Positions 26,881 to 45,454 of a stretch of 64,000 bases of DNA are shown piece by piece. The notes beneath the pieces are model-generated. The model did not search any database, had not been told where the DNA came from, and saw only the letters and a program-made list of their open reading frames with translations. Every line of letters starts with the position of its first letter. The first letter of the stretch is position 1. This DNA is from the human T2T-CHM13v2.0 reference genome, Homo sapiens. A program made the position numbers and the translations under genes. The stretch lies in the NCBI RefSeq assembly GCF_009914755.1, contig NC_060928.1; one strand, written 5' to 3'.

Positions 26881-27314
26881 TCAAAATTGTAAGATAGTGC
26901 CTTTTATTCTTATTTTTTAAAAATTTTGGAATATATAGTTAGTTGAAATATGTTATTTATTTTAACATGTAATAGACATATTGTTTTTCAAAATAAACAT
27001 TTAATTCATCAATTTTAATTGCTTATATAATATCATTAAATATAAGTCATTAAGTAATTATATGTTAATATCATTAGATATAATTATTGGATTTTCAATA
27101 ATTTTTTTTATTATACTTTAAGTTTTAGGGTACATATTCACAATGTGCAGGTTAGTTACATATGTATACATGTGCCATGCTGGTGTGCTGCACCCATTAA
27201 CTCGTCATTTAGCATTAGGTATATCTCCTAATGCTATCCCTCCCTCCTCCCCCTACCCCACAACAGTCCCCAGAGTGTGATGTTCCCCTTCCTGTGTCCA
27301 TGTGTTCTCATTGT

Positions 27315-31148
<3,834 letters not shown>

Positions 31149-31204
31149 TTAGCTGGTTATTTTGCTCGTTAGTTGATGCAGTTTCTTCCTAATCTCGATG
31201 GTCT

Positions 31205-31837
31205 TTACATTTTGGCATGATTTTGCAGCAGTTGGTACCTGTTGTGCCTTTCCATGTTTAGTGCTTCCTTCAGGAGCTCTTTTAGGGCAGGCCTGGTGGT
31301 GACAAAATCTCTCAGCACTTGCTTGTCTGTAAAGTATTTTATTTCTCCTTCACTTATGAAGCTTAGTTTGACTGGATATGAAATTCTGGGTTGAAAATTC
31401 TTTTCTTTAAGAATGTTGAATATTGGCCCCCACTCTCTTCTGGCTCGTAGAGTTTCTGCTGAGAGATCCACTGTTAGTCTGATGGGCTTCCCTTTGTAGG
31501 TAACCCGACCTTTCTTTCTGGCTGCCCTTAACATTTTTCCTTCATTTCAACTTTGGTGAATATGACAATTATGTGTCTTGGAGTTGCTCTTCTCGAGGAG
31601 TATCTTTGTGGCGTTCTGTGTATTTCCTGAATCTGAATGTTGGCCTGCCTTGCTAGATTGGGAAAGTTCTCCTGGATAATATCCTGCAGAGTGTTTTCCA
31701 ACTTGGTTCCATTCTCCCCGTCACTTTCAGGTACACCAATCAGACGCAGATTTGGTCTTTTCACGTAGTCCCATATTTCTTGGAGGCTTTGTTCATTTCT
31801 TTTTATTCTTTTTTCTCTAAACTTCCCTTCTTGCTTC
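31205..31837 (-). pseudogene. Partial, frameshifted L1 ORF1 (RRM/CTD part)
   Basis: QEIWDYVKRPNLRLIGVPE and KNFQPRISYP...RDFVTTRPAL lie in two frames with a shift near 31530. Confidence 0.9.
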
Positions 31838-33499
31838 GGATTTTCAATAATTTTTAAGAACATAAAGGAGTTCTGAAACAAAAAAGTTTGAAAATCACTA
31901 ACTTGCATAATCACACTCTCTAATTTAATTCATGTCTCTGTTTAAATGGTAGATGTGTAGAGAGGCCTATTTAAAAATAGCAGTCTTTTTTTTTCTAACA
32001 CTTATCATTACCCAACATTTTATTATGTATCTATTTATTTGTATGGTTACTGGCCATCTTCCCTGTGAAAATGTAGACTCCATTAGGGAAGGAATTTTTG
32101 GCTGCCTTGTTCATGGTTTTATCCCTCACACCTACTATACCACCTAGCACATAGTAGCTATTCAGCAAATTTCTATTGAAATATTGGAAATATTTTTCTA
32201 TCTGGATATTGTTCTACTATTTCCTGGATAGTGCTAAAACTTTAAAGGTTCTGCGTGCAGTTCCTCTTAATTATGCCTTGCACCTTTGCTAATGATATTT
32301 TTGAGAGCTTCTAATAGGTTGTTATACTCCCTAGCAAATCCAGTCAGTTATTATATGGTGTTCTCTTCTCTTGCTTCAACCCCTTCATAACTGTTTGCCT
32401 ACAACACACATCTGTATGTGTGTGTTAAGATGAGGTTCTATTATTCTTGCCAAGAACAGCTGCCACAGCAGACACAGTCTCCCAACTGCGCACTCCATTT
32501 TAGATATGCTGAAGCCCTTTAAGTGGAGCTGCCTGGAGTTCTGTGGCAAAATGGGAAAAATGCCTCTCCCTTATGTTATTCCCTCTCAGAGTTGCACCAG
32601 CATATTACAGAATTTTAGGGAAATATCCCTTGTATTTTTTATTTATGGCTTCTCCTTCTCCACGACTTCAGATTGACTCCCTAGGAGCCCAGAATAGAGT
32701 CCAATCTGAGTGATGAACTCTAAGATCTAAGATGAACTCAGACTCATCTCTCCTCTAACAATAAATAGTATGCTGGGTTAAGCCTATCATGTAGATTTCT
32801 GTCATGTTCATTTCTCCAAAATCATTAGATACATTCAGTCATGGTTTTTTACAAGAATTCAGTGTAATGCAAAACTTGCGGTTCTTGACATTTTCAATGG
32901 ATAAACCAAGTCTCTTGTAAATAGTGGATGTACCTGAACTGTAATGTGGTCATTTGCACATGAATCAGCCTTTCTCTTCTCCTAAGTACATGATGAGAAT
33001 GAAATGTTTTCTATCATTTGGTGGTTGTGATTGTACTCCAGCTTCATCACCAACCGTTGTCTTCAACATACATCCTATACTCTAATTATCCCAAACTCTT
33101 TTTAGCTTCCTAAATCTTTCCAAGTTTATTGGAAATCCCTGCTTTGTTGTGTAGTCAGATTCTTCTGTTCAGAGTAGTTTTTTCACTCATTCACCTGATG
33201 TACTTATAGCTCTCAAGAATCAGCTCATGCCCTCACTTCCACAAATATGCCTGAAAAACATGCCCTCACTGCCACAAGCCAGGCTAAGTATCCCCCTCCC
33301 TAAACCCCATTGTGCTTGATTTCCTCCATACCCTGGGCATTCCTATATCATAGTGCCATATTCTATTATAGCTATCTGACTCTCTTTTGTGACAATGAGC
33401 TCCTAAACAGACCATGTAATTTTCTCAATTTCTGAATTTCCAGTAGCAAACAAAACTATTTTTAAAATTAATCAGCATAGTTGTTCTAGAAAACAAGAA

Positions 33500-34920
33500 A
33501 GAGAGGTCTCTGTAGACTAGAATAAGGATGTCACCTTAATAAAAAGCAGTGGGGAACAAATGAGTTCGGAACACCCTGAAGCTGTGAAGCTAGTCCACAG
33601 GCAAGGTGGGTGATGGGACCCAGGTGAATGCTTGGAAAAAGCATTCTTTATGCCCACACAAGTTGGGCATATAGCTGAGAGCCATGTCTGCACAACTTGT
33701 ATGGTGCTGGGTGCTGGGAAAGATGCCACCTCTTTCTCTACTCTTGGCTACTTGGAATAGCAGCACCTTCTGCCATATAGCTTGCGGCTCCTGCAGCAAA
33801 TTTTATACAGTTATGGGAGTCTAAAGCTAAGCAAGAACAAGTCTAGAAATGAATCTTTGAAGACTGGCAGCCGTGACTGCAAGGCCTGTTCTGTACCAGA
33901 CTATTATTGGAGCCTTGGCTAAGGCCACTGCAAACTTACGGCAAGAGACCAGGATCCTGTAGGATGAGATATCTCGGGGGTCATAACAACATAGGCACTT
34001 AACAAAGACAAGGACAAACAACAGACTTGACAAACAGAAAACCTGAGGGTGAGGAAAATAGGCATACAAGTGCAAACAAAATGGATTTTAAGTATTTTTA
34101 TGGCATTATGAAGATAAAAAAGGGATTATAGTAATGAGAGAATAACAGTTTATAAAACAAGAATATGGGGTTATATAAAATTGATAATTATGAAAATGAA
34201 TTAATTAGAAATATTTAAAATGAAAAATATTTTGAAGTTAAAAAATAAAACTTTAACACTAAATAGCAATATGAACACAACAGAAAATAAATCTTCTGGA
34301 GTAATAAACTGAACTCATCCCAGAATTCAGCACAGAGAAATAAGTATCTAGAAAACATGGCTTGTGATATGGAACATAAGAAATTCTGCTTAAGAGTTTC
34401 AGAAGGTGATACTAGAGATTATTAAGATGAATATAGACATAACATTTTAAGGGAAATCACTGATCACAAAGCTAAAAGATGTGAGTCCTGAGTTTAAAAA
34501 ATTTATTTCTGAGAAATATTAAAATAATTATTTTTAGATACATATATTAAAATTTCAGAACATTAACAATCCTAGAATTTATAAGGGGTAAGGAGAATAC
34601 CTACAAATAAACTAAGATCTAAGTGAAACCTAATTACTTACTGATTGGTGGTTTTAGATGTTAGAAGATGATAGAGTAATAGTTTCAAAATTTTGAGGAA
34701 AAAAATTAATTTAGAATTTTACACCCAGCTAAACTGTCACTCAGTAGAATGGTGCAATGAAGAAATTTCCAGCTATATAAGGAACCAGAAATCTGATTTC
34801 CTTTACAATGATTCTAGTAAGCAGTAGTAGAAGAGAAGATGCAAAAGTGAGCCACTCCCCCACCAAAATATATATGTTCATCTGAGTGCTGACTTGTAAA
34901 ATAAAATTAATAATTATATT
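33500..34920 (+). mobile_element. Very old L1M/HAL1-like 5'/ORF1 remnant
   Basis: A-rich sequence with ORF1-like ends (ttagaattttacacccagctaaactgtcactca). Confidence 0.4.
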
Positions 34921-36469
34921 TGGGGTGACATCTGCAAGATTGCAAGATAGGAGTTTCTAGCACTTGCTTCCTCACAGAAACATGAATTTGAACAAACATC
35001 CATTGCAAGAAAATATCTTTATAAGAGCTAAGGAATGTGGGTAAGATGTTATAGCACATCAGTGGAACATACAAATAAGAAAAGGCAAATTAGAGAGTAT
35101 AGGAAGGACATTTTTACATTTCCCACTTCACACCTTCCTCAAGCCTCCTGCTCTATGGAAGAGGGAGAGTGAAGTGAGCCCTCAACTTCACTGCAAATCG
35201 CAGCACCAACCTCACCCCAGTGAATCCCAAAGCTAGGCCACCTCCCACAAGCATCAGGCTTCAGGCCACCACCATGGCCCCAGGCTCCAGGCAAGCACCA
35301 GAGGACCATAACCCAGGCTTGCTCATGCTGACACAGGTTTCATGCCCACCGCAGAACCAGGCTAGCTCCTGTCGACCTAGGCTTCAAACTACCCCATGGC
35401 TCTAGGCTGGAGGCCAGCACCAGAACACCAGGACCCAGGCCTGCCCATGCAGACTCAGGCCCCAGGTCTACCTCACCACCAGCCTGGCTCCATGGACCCA
35501 AGCCCCTTGCTTACCTCTATATATCCAGACTCTAGGCCTGTCCCCATAGTGACAGGCACCAGATCTGCCTTGTGAACCCAAATGCCAAGACTTCCTCAGT
35601 GGACCCCAGTAGCAGGACAGGGTCCATGGACTCAGGATGAGGTCCATGCCTTCAGATCCAGGCACCAGGACTGCCTTACAGAAAACCAATAAATGCATTT
35701 GGGGACGTCTAGAAGAAACAGAGAACAAAATGTGGGCAGAAAGCTTAATTAAAGAAATATTAACAGACAACTTCTAAAATCTGCAGAGGGAAATGAATAT
35801 CAAGATCCATGAATCCCAAAGAACCCCAAATAAATTAAACATAAATATTGGCTGAAAAATTTTCAAATCTGCAGAGGGAAATGGGCATTCAGCTTCATGA
35901 AGCCCTAAAAAACTCCAAATAGATTGAACCAAAAGAGGTATATACCAAAACGCATTAAAATAAAAATTTCAAATGTCAAATGCAAAAAAGAAAATCTTGA
36001 AAGCCACAAAAGTGAATCATCTTAAACAAGAGAACCCGCATAAGATTTCTCAGCAGTGGATTTCTCAGCAAACCTTGAAGGCCAAGAGAGTGTCATGGTA
36101 TATTCAAAGTGCTAAATAAAAACAAACAAATAGAACTATCAACTAAGTATAATATATCAGCAAAACTGTCCTTAAACAATAAAAGAAAGAAAAAACTCCC
36201 CCACCTCCAAAAAAAAAAAAAATGCTGAGGGAGTTTATCACCACTGGACATGCCTTAAAAGAAATGCTAAATTGAGTTCTTCAAGTTGAAATGAAAGTAT
36301 ACTAAGAACATAAAAACAGGTATAAAACTCATTGTGAAGGTAAGAATATAGTCAAGTTCAACATACTCTAATACTCTAACAGTGGTGTGTAAATCACTTT
36401 TAACTTTAGTATGAAGATTAAAAGAGAACGGTATTAAAAAAGTAAAAGTAATTATAGCTACAAGAATTA

Positions 36470-36787
<318 letters not shown>

Positions 36788-37107
36788 TTAGTTAATGGGT
36801 ATACAGTATAAAAAAATGTAAATTGTGACATCAGTAACATAATTTGTGGGGGAAGGAGAAGTTAAAGTGTAGAGGTTTTGTATATAGCTAAAGTTAAGCT
36901 GTTATCAGCTTGAATACAGTTGTAACTGTAAGATATTTTATGTGAGCTTCATGGTAACCACAAAGAAAAAAACATGTAGTAAGTAGATATATAAAAGTTA
37001 AAGGAATCAAAGCATAATACTACAAATATCATTAGTCACAGAGGAAAATGGAGAAAGAAGAAAGGAACTAGAAAACAGTAAGAAAATATTTTTTTAAATA
37101 GTAAGTT

Positions 37108-38888
37108 CTTTTTTAAATAATTTTAACTTTTAGATTCAGGGGATACATGTCCAGGTTTTTTACAAGGGTATATTGTATGCTGCTGAGGTTTGGGGTATGA
37201 AATGATTCCATTGGTCAGCTAGTGAGCATAGTACCAATAGTTATTTTTTCAGGCCTTGTTTCCTCCCTCTCTTCCACTTCTAGTAGTCTCCAGTGTCTAC
37301 TGTTGCCATCTTTATGTTCATGATTACCTAATGTTTAGCTCCCCCTTTTATTAATAAATAAGAACATGTGGTATTTGCTTTCCTGTTCTTGAGTTAATTC
37401 ACTTAAGATAATGGCCTAAAGCTCTATCCATATTGCTGCAAAGGACACTGTTTCATCCTTTTTTTGTGGCTGTGTACCATTCCATGGTGTATATGTAGTA
37501 TGTTTTCTTTATCCAGTCCATTCTTTATGGACATCTAGGTTGATGCTATGTCTGCTACTATAAAGAGTGCTGCAGTGGACATATGAGTATATGTCTTTTT
37601 ACTAGAATGATTTGTTTCCTTTTGGATAATACCCAGTAATGGGACTGCTGGGTCAAATGGTAGTTCTGTTTCTGTTTTAAGTTATTTGAGAAATCTCCAA
37701 GCTGCTTTCCACAGTGGCTAAACTAATTTACATTCCCACCAACAGTATATAAGTATTCTTTTTTCCCCCAGCCTCACCAGCATCTGTTGTCTTGATTTTT
37801 TCATAATAGCCATTCTGTCTGGTATAAGATGGTATCTCTTTCCTCTCTTAGCCTCCTGAGTAGCTGGGACTACAGGCGCATGCCACCACACCCAGCTATT
37901 TTTATATATTTTTAATAGAGATGGGGTTTCATCATGTTGGCCAGGCTGGTCTTGAACTCCTGACCTCAAGTGATCTGCCTGTCTCGGTACCTCCCAAAGG
38001 GCTGGGATTACAGGTGTGAGCCACCATGCCCAGCCTCAATGTTTATTTTTGTTGCGATTGCTTTTGAGGACTTAGTCATAAATTCCTTCCCAAGGCTGAT
38101 GTTCAGAATGGTGTTTCCTAGATTTTCTTCTACGATTCTTATAGTTTGAGGCCTTATATTTAAATCTTCAATCCATCTTGAGTTAATTTTGAATATGGCA
38201 AAAGGTAGCCAATTTCATCCTTCTGCATATGGCTAGCCAGCTATCTCAGCACCATTTATGGAATAGAAAGTCCTTTCCCCATTGCTATTTTTGTCAATGG
38301 GGACACCTATAACCATTTGTCATAATCAAATGATTGTCAGTGGGGAAACGTATAACTATTTGCTATAATCAAATAGTTATATATGTGCAGTTTTATTTCT
38401 GGGTTCTCTATTCTGTTCCATTGGTCTCTGTTTTTGTACCAGCATCATGCTGTTTGGGTTACTATGGCTGTATAGGTTGAAGTTGGGTAATGTAGAGTTT
38501 GAAATCAGATAATGTGATGCTTCCAGCTTTGTTCTTTTTGCTTAGGATTTATTTGGCTATTTGGGCTCTTTATTGGTTCCACATGGATTTTAGAATTTTT
38601 TTTTCTAATTATGTGAAAAGATGACATTGGTAGTTTCATAGGAATAGCAATGAATCTGTAGATTGTTTTAGGCAGTATGGCCCTTTTAATGATAATGATA
38701 TTTCCAATCCATGAGCACAGAACTTTTTCCCATTTGTTTGTGTCACCTCTGATTTCTTTCAGCAGTATTTTGTAATTCTCTTTGTAGAGCTCTTTCACCT
38801 CTTGTTTATATGTATTTCTAGGTATTTTGTATGTGCTTGGCTATTGTAAATGGGATTGCATTCCTGACTTGGTTCTCAGCTTGAATGT
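37108..38888 (-). mobile_element. 5'-truncated older L1PA15/16 or L1PB, antisense, inserted into L1M
   Basis: It has a 3'UTR and ORF2 (ORF 38505-38798 [11 protein letters not shown]...AILPK). The TSD aatagtaagtt is at 37097-37107 and 38889-38899. Confidence 0.85.
37842..38036 (-). mobile_element. Truncated AluS (left arm and part of right arm) inside the L1
   Basis: It reads gcctcctgagtagctgggactacaggc...gagccaccatgcccagcc and has no tail. Confidence 0.88.
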
Positions 38889-40039
38889 AATAGTAAGTTT
38901 TTACCTATAAAAATTACTTTAAATATAAATGACTTAATCCAATCAAAAGACATAAGGCGGATGAAAAAATAAAAAAGTAAGTTCAACTATATTCTGTCTA
39001 CAGGTGACTCGCTTTATCTTTAAGGACACACAGAGGCTGAAAATGAAGTGATGAAGAAAGATATTTCATGAAAATTGTACCCAAAAGGGAACAGAAGGGA
39101 CTATCTTAATAACAGACAAAATAGACTTTAAGTCAAAAACTTCAGTTAATTATATCAAGAATTAGGATTCCATTAATTAGAGGATATAACAGTTATAACT
39201 ATGTGTGTATCAAACTTTAGCAAACCTAAATATGTAATATAAAGCAAATATTAACAGAACTGAATGGAGAAATATACTTTGGGAAAAAGCTTCTGGACTT
39301 TGGTTTGGGCATTAGTTTTTGGGATATGACCGCCAAAGCACAGGCAACAAAAGTAAAAATAGACAAATGGGATTTTATCAACTTGAAAAGCTTCTTCACA
39401 GCAAAGAAGACACTCAGAATGAGAGATTTTCAAATCACATATCTGATAAGAGGTTAATACCCAAAATATATAAGTAAGTCATACAACTCATTAGCAAAAA
39501 GTCCACATACACACACACATACATGATGTGATTTTCTTAGTGAGCAAAAGACTTGACTAGACATTTCTCTAAAAAAGGCATACAAATGGCCATTGGGTAT
39601 ATGAAAAAGCTCGACATCAGTAATCAAGGAAATGCAGATCAAAACTGTAATGAGATATTACCTCACAACTGTTAGGTTGGCTATGCTGGAAAAAAAAAAG
39701 GTTACAAATGTTAGCAAGGATGTGGAGAAAAGAAATCCTTGTTCTGTTAGTTTAAATGTAAATTGGTTAAGCCATCATGGAAAACAGTATGGAGGTTCCT
39801 AAAAAAATTAAAAATAGAACTACCATATTAACTAGTAATCACCCTTCTAAGTACGTAGCCTATGGAATTGAAATCAGTATCTTGAAGAGATAACTGCAGT
39901 CCTGATAACTTGCAGCATGATTCACAATAGCCAAGATATGGAATCAACTTAGGCATTCATTGATGGATGAATGTATAAAGAAAATATGAGATAGCTAGAA
40001 GATAGGCACATAACACACACACACACACACACAAACACA

Positions 40040-40265
40040 CAGTTGATCCTTAAACAACATGGTTTTGAACTGCACAGGTCCATTTATACACAGATTTTTT
40101 TTAACCAAATGAAGATTGAAAATACGGTATTCTTGGATGTGAAACCAACAAGGGCTGACTTTATATGAGTTTTTCAGGACTAACTGCAGGACTTGAGTAT
40201 ATGAGGATTTTGGTATATGTAGGGAGTTCTAGAACAAATATCAGATGTATTTCAAGGGATGACTG
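40040..40265 (-). mobile_element. MER8 (TcMar-Tigger MITE)
   Basis: The termini are cagttgatccttaaacaac...gggatgactg-TA, and the interior matches the remembered MER8 consensus. It is preceded by (CA)n. Confidence 0.8.
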
Positions 40266-40477
40266 TATATACACACACATAAAATTTATGGAATCGATAC
40301 AAAGTTTTTAGAATTTTATTTATAAAATATGAAACATCTAACATCATATAGATTATAGCAAATTTGATTTAAACATTCATCATTAAAAATGAAATAATTA
40401 GTTCTATGGCGACAATATGAACATAAGTATCAGTGCAGAACAATATTTTTTATTAAGTCAGGAAAACTATGGACAGG

Positions 40478-41620
40478 GAGATACTTCCAGAATGGTGGTG
40501 TAACCAGTCTGTGAACCCAGTCCCCAGTAAAAAAAATAAATAAATAACTTGTGAAAAATATTTTAAAATCATTTTAAGACTTTAGAAATTCATCATGGTC
40601 ATATAGCAAATGCATAAACATTTACTCAAGAAATTCTACTAAATCTCTGTAAGAGAAATGCAAGTCTGTGGCATTTGAGCCATGACCCACTACTTTTTTC
40701 CACCTATCCTCTACCAGCACAGTATGACAAAAACTTTATTCCAGGAAGTTGCAGCTAAGAACACAAGGCTCTCTCTCAGATCCCAGTCTGGCATCTCTCC
40801 AGAAGGAGCAGGCTGCCAGAACTTTTTATCTCCCCAAGCCTATATTACAGAAGTTCCTATTTAAACAAAGCAGCTAAATGTAGCACTCCATTTTCCCACC
40901 CAGCACCCACTCATAGGGTAGAAGTTATACGTTACATGTTGCAAGTCAATCATGTTGGGTCTAATTCATCCTCATCTCAGCACAGGGTAAAGGTTTTGTT
41001 CCAGAAGACAGAAGCTGGGAAGACCAGGGGATACCACCATTCATCCTCACTCCACTCCTCCCCACCACCAGCATGAACTAGTAACAGGATTATCATTCTA
41101 GCAGCACTGGGCCACTGCACCTGCCCCTGAGGCACAGATCTGGAGAAATGTCTAAGAGTTTTGCTTTGAAAAACAGGTAGTCTGCAAAAACAGAGAGCCC
41201 CATAGTTCTTCCTAAGAGAAGTTTATTTGAAACAGACCATAGGTACATTCAAACCTGAGGACCCTGTCAAAAACAATGACAATTTTGATATAAGATAATT
41301 TGGAGGAGACTGGTAGTCCATGAACGCAACAAGCTAAACCATAGATCAGCTATATGTTTAACAGAGAGAAGTAGGGAATGAAAAAGCCAAGAAAAACTCT
41401 CTTTGGGTTAGAACAAAATACTGGCCTCAAAGATTGCCCTACAAGGAGGCTTGAATATAATTGATTAGACATTGGAGCCATTAATCCCCTAAGGTATTGT
41501 TGAAACAGTAGAGCAATCAATTGACAATGGAGCCTAAAATTAGGTGTGATACCAATAGAGGTAGAGTAGCATCTTACAGAGAGACAGGGAAAGATAAAGC
41601 CACCTAGAGGAGTATGATGA
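40478..41620 (+). mobile_element. Old L1M 5'-end fragment
   Basis: gagatacttccagaatggtggtgtaa...ccccagtaaaa resembles L1M4/L1MC 5' ends. Confidence 0.45.
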
Positions 41621-41649
41621 GCCTTGGGGAATGGGCACTTATGATCATG

Positions 41650-42065
41650 CTCCACTACAGCCATTGCCATGCCAAACCCTCTGGGCTCTAGGCAGACTGT
41701 AGTTCTGGCTCTGCCAACTCTCCTGGAAGTTCTCTGTGTCAACTCAATTGCCTGTGGAGATTGTGGGGCCTCCTATAGCTAGCATCCCACAGGTCTGTGG
41801 CAAGAGTGGGCCACTCTATGTCTGTTTTACTCACCACTTCTCTTGGAGCCAGTTGGGGCCAGGAATGAGTCTTGGTGTTAGGCAACTTGATTGGGAGTTC
41901 CCAGTTTTCTACACTGTCAGCCCCCGGCTGTGAATCCTCCCTGTATCCACTCTCAATGCCTTCTTTCTGAAGATCTGTTTGGAGTATGCTGACCTACTTG
42001 ATGGTCTTGTCTCTCTTGGTGCAAGAAGCTCTTCCTGTCTGTCTAGTCAGCCACCTTGGCTCTCT
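41650..42065 (-). mobile_element. L1PB/L1PREC-type 5'UTR fragment
   Basis: The reverse complement begins gagccaaggtggctgactagacag...ttgcaccaagagagacaagaccatcaag. Confidence 0.55.
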
Positions 42066-42299
42066 GATCTCTAGGTTAAATATTAAAGCCTAGAAAATGT
42101 TACCAAATTTGGCCCAAACAGTACAAAAGCTATTAAGGCACTCACTATAGAATGAATTAAAATAGTAAGCAGAATACTTTATGTTAATGACATAAATACT
42201 AGATAGTTTCAAGATCATTTCTATTGAGTCTTCAAACAATAAATCATTTGTGTCTTGTGAAGTGTGATTCATGAGAAGTGAAGAAGGAGGAGGAGGAAC

Positions 42300-44700
42300 A
42301 GAAACATTATTTCATTCAATTTATAAAACTACGATAGTCATATCAAAACAAGACAAGGACATCAGGAGAATTTAAAAACCTTTGTTCTAGTCTTATTACA
42401 AATATTAGCAAATTTAAACCATAGTGTATGAAAAGAATACAAGACAAGAATTCAAAATTTTAAAAATATTACTCATAACCTTCTATAAATGCAGAAAAAA
42501 GCAGTTATTAAAAGTGTATACCCATTTGTGTTTTTTTAAAAAAAACAAAGAAACAATTAAAAATCTCATTTTAAGCTATCAATATTTGGTGCTTTAAAAA
42601 AATCTAATAAAGGGTATCAACTGAAAATAAATAGAAAAAAATATATATATATATACTCTGTTGTAAAACACTAGAATTATTCCCATTTATATAAAGGTGG
42701 GACAAAGATAACAACTATTACTTATATTTTCCAGCATTGTATTGTTGGTGTTCCTGGCTAATGCAACAAGTTGACAGACATGAGTTAGGAGACAAAGACT
42801 TCTAAGAGGAGACGAGGTGGTGTTCTTTGAAGGTATGATAGTTTATCCATAAAGCTCAAGATAATCAACTGATAAAATATTAGAACTAATGAGAAAGTTC
42901 AGCAAGGTTGCTGAATACAATAACAACGTAAATGTAGGTAGTATCTACAGATATCAATAATATATAATTAGAAAATGTAATAGAAAATATATTCCACTCA
43001 CAGTAGTAATAAAACTATAAAATTCATTGGAATAAAACTAAACAGAAACAAGAATATAGAAAGAACTTTTCAAATATATAATCAAAGGGAAAAGTCTGAG
43101 CAAGTAGAGCTCTAACCCATGTTTTTGCGTGGGAGAATTTATTCACGTAAGAATGCTATTATTGCCAAATAAAGCAATAAATTCCATACCATCCAAAGGC
43201 TCATGATTTTGCACAGGAGTGGAAAGATTTATTCCACAAAAGCATTATCTTATAAATAATGTGACCATATGTCATGATTTATTTGAAATAGTTCAAAATT
43301 ATGCCTAGCAACTTGTAATTATTATTAGCATCCACATATTTATAAGAATAAAGATTAATTGGAAGAAAAAGCGTAAGAAGACTTTTTCCTTCTGCTTCTT
43401 AGCTTTCCCACTTGCAAGTTGTGTGAGCTTGCTACCTAAGTTATAAGTTACTCAAGCTCTCTGTTCCTCAGTTTCCTTACCTCCGAAGTAGGGATAATAA
43501 CATCTACATCATATATTGTTCTAAGGTCAAATAGAGATAATACGTGTAAAGCACTTAGAACGCTGACTGACTCAACAAATGTTAATTATTATGAACAGAG
43601 TAGTATTTTATTCTGTCTCAAATCATATTATAAAGAACTGGTAATTAAAATTAAAGCATAGGCATAAGAAAAGACAAATAATGGGGAAGGATGAAAAAAC
43701 AAACACACATTCGTATGTGTGAATCTATGTAAATAGGGTAGTGTCATTAAACACTGGGGAAAAACTAAATACTTCAATCAATAGTATTAAAACATTTGAC
43801 TTCCCATTTAGGAAAAAAATCTAGTTAAACTCCTACTCACCCCATACATACAAATATATTTCAGATGAGATAAAGAACATAAATTAAAAACAACAAAAAT
43901 AAAAATTATTGGAGAACTTAATAGAACTTGGTCATAAATTTAGAGCAGGTAGGATTTTCTTAGAAAAGATACACACAAATATACAGACAAATATGTGAGT
44001 AAAAATAAACAGAAAAGCTGGAGGTATATATATATAATTCCTAAAATCTATGGAACAAGTGCCTCTTAGAGTTAAAATTTTAGCATTTTATTGGGAGAAA
44101 ATATTTGCATTATACATAACAAAGAATTAGTATGCAGCATATATAAATATGTTTTTAAAAATATGGTTGAAAATACAAAAACCTAACTTTTAAAAGAACA
44201 ATTTATAGGAAAGGATATTTAAATGGCTAATACACATGTAAAAATTGCTCAATGTCACTGATAATCAGACAATTGCAAATTAAAGCAAAACAAGACACTG
44301 TTTGCACACATCAGATTGGCAAAAAATGAAAAGCTTGATGATATCAAATGTTGGCAAGGATCCAGGGAAGCACATACTTGCATATGCTGCTGATGAAGTT
44401 ATGCTTTATTATAGTCCCTCTAGAAGGTAATTTGACAATGTTATGAAATCTGAAAATGTGCACTTCATATGACCTAGAGATTCCATTATTTTTCCACATA
44501 TCTAAAAATACCTGACCTGTATATTCAGAAATCTGTATTACAGCTCGTTGGTGATAGTAAATAATTGAAAGCAGCTAAAACATTCACCAATAGAGGAATA
44601 GAGTGTGTACTTATCTCTCAACTCACCAAGTTGTTTACATTAAATATGGACAGCTTTCTGTATGTCAGTTACACCTTAGTAGTTTCAAAATTTTAATCCA
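42300..44700 (+). mobile_element. Decayed L1ME ORF2/3' end with a MIR inserted at ~43400-43590
   Basis: It has ORF2-like strings (tagaactaatgagaaagttcagcaaggttgctgaatacaa; atcagattggcaaaaa) and the MIR core ctctgttcctcagtttccttacct. Confidence 0.65.
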
Positions 44701-44764
44701 AATGTAATCCTATATATATATGTGTATATATGTATACATATGTATGTATATTTATGTGTGTGTG

Positions 44765-45450
44765 TGTGCTGTCTTATTTCTACGTTCTCTATTCTGTTCC
44801 ATTGGTCTGTGTGTCTGTTTTTGTACCAGTACCACGTTGTTTTGGTTAATGTAACCCTGTAAATATAATTTGAAGTCGGGTAGCATGATGCCTCCAGTTT
44901 TGTTCTTTTTGCTTAAGATTGCCTTGGCTATTTGAGCTCTTTTTTGGTTCCATATGAATTTTACAATTGTTCTCTCTAGTTCTGTGAAGAATGTCAACAT
45001 TCTAAAATCTATAAATTGAATCTATAAATTGCTTTGGGCAGTATGGCCATTTTAATGATATTGATTCTTTCTATCCATGAACATGGAATGTTTTTCCATT
45101 TTTTTTGTGTCATCTCTGATTTCTTTGAGCAATGGTTAGTAGTTCTCCTTGTAGAGATCTTTCACCTCCCTAATTAGCTGTATTCTGAGGTATTATATTT
45201 TACTCTTTTTGTGGTAATTGTGAATGGGAGTTCATTCCTGATTTGGCTCTTGACTGGTGTTGTTATATAGGAATGCTAGTGATTTTTGCATATTAATTTT
45301 GTATTTTGAGACTTTGAGGAAGTTGTTTTTCAGCTTAATAAGCTTTCTGGCTGAGACTGTGGGGTTTTCTAAATATAGGATCATGTCATCTGCAAACAGG
45401 GATAGTTTGACTTCCTATTTAGATGCCTTTATTTCTTTCTCTTGCCTGCA
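44765..45450 (-). mobile_element. L1PA/L1PB ORF2 fragment, preceded by (TA)/(TG) repeats
   Basis: ORF 44752-45000 reads [30 protein letters not shown]...LPDFKLY. Confidence 0.85.
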
Positions 45451-45454
45451 TAAT

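Noticed and set aside
31528-31914. Chimeric ORF1 with a novel N-terminus
   Set aside because: It is chance read-through from flanking Charlie1 sequence across the L1 truncation point.
35220-35690. GC-rich block as a CpG-island promoter
   Set aside because: It is CpG-depleted and consists of ccaggc-type repeats within an old L1M 5'UTR.
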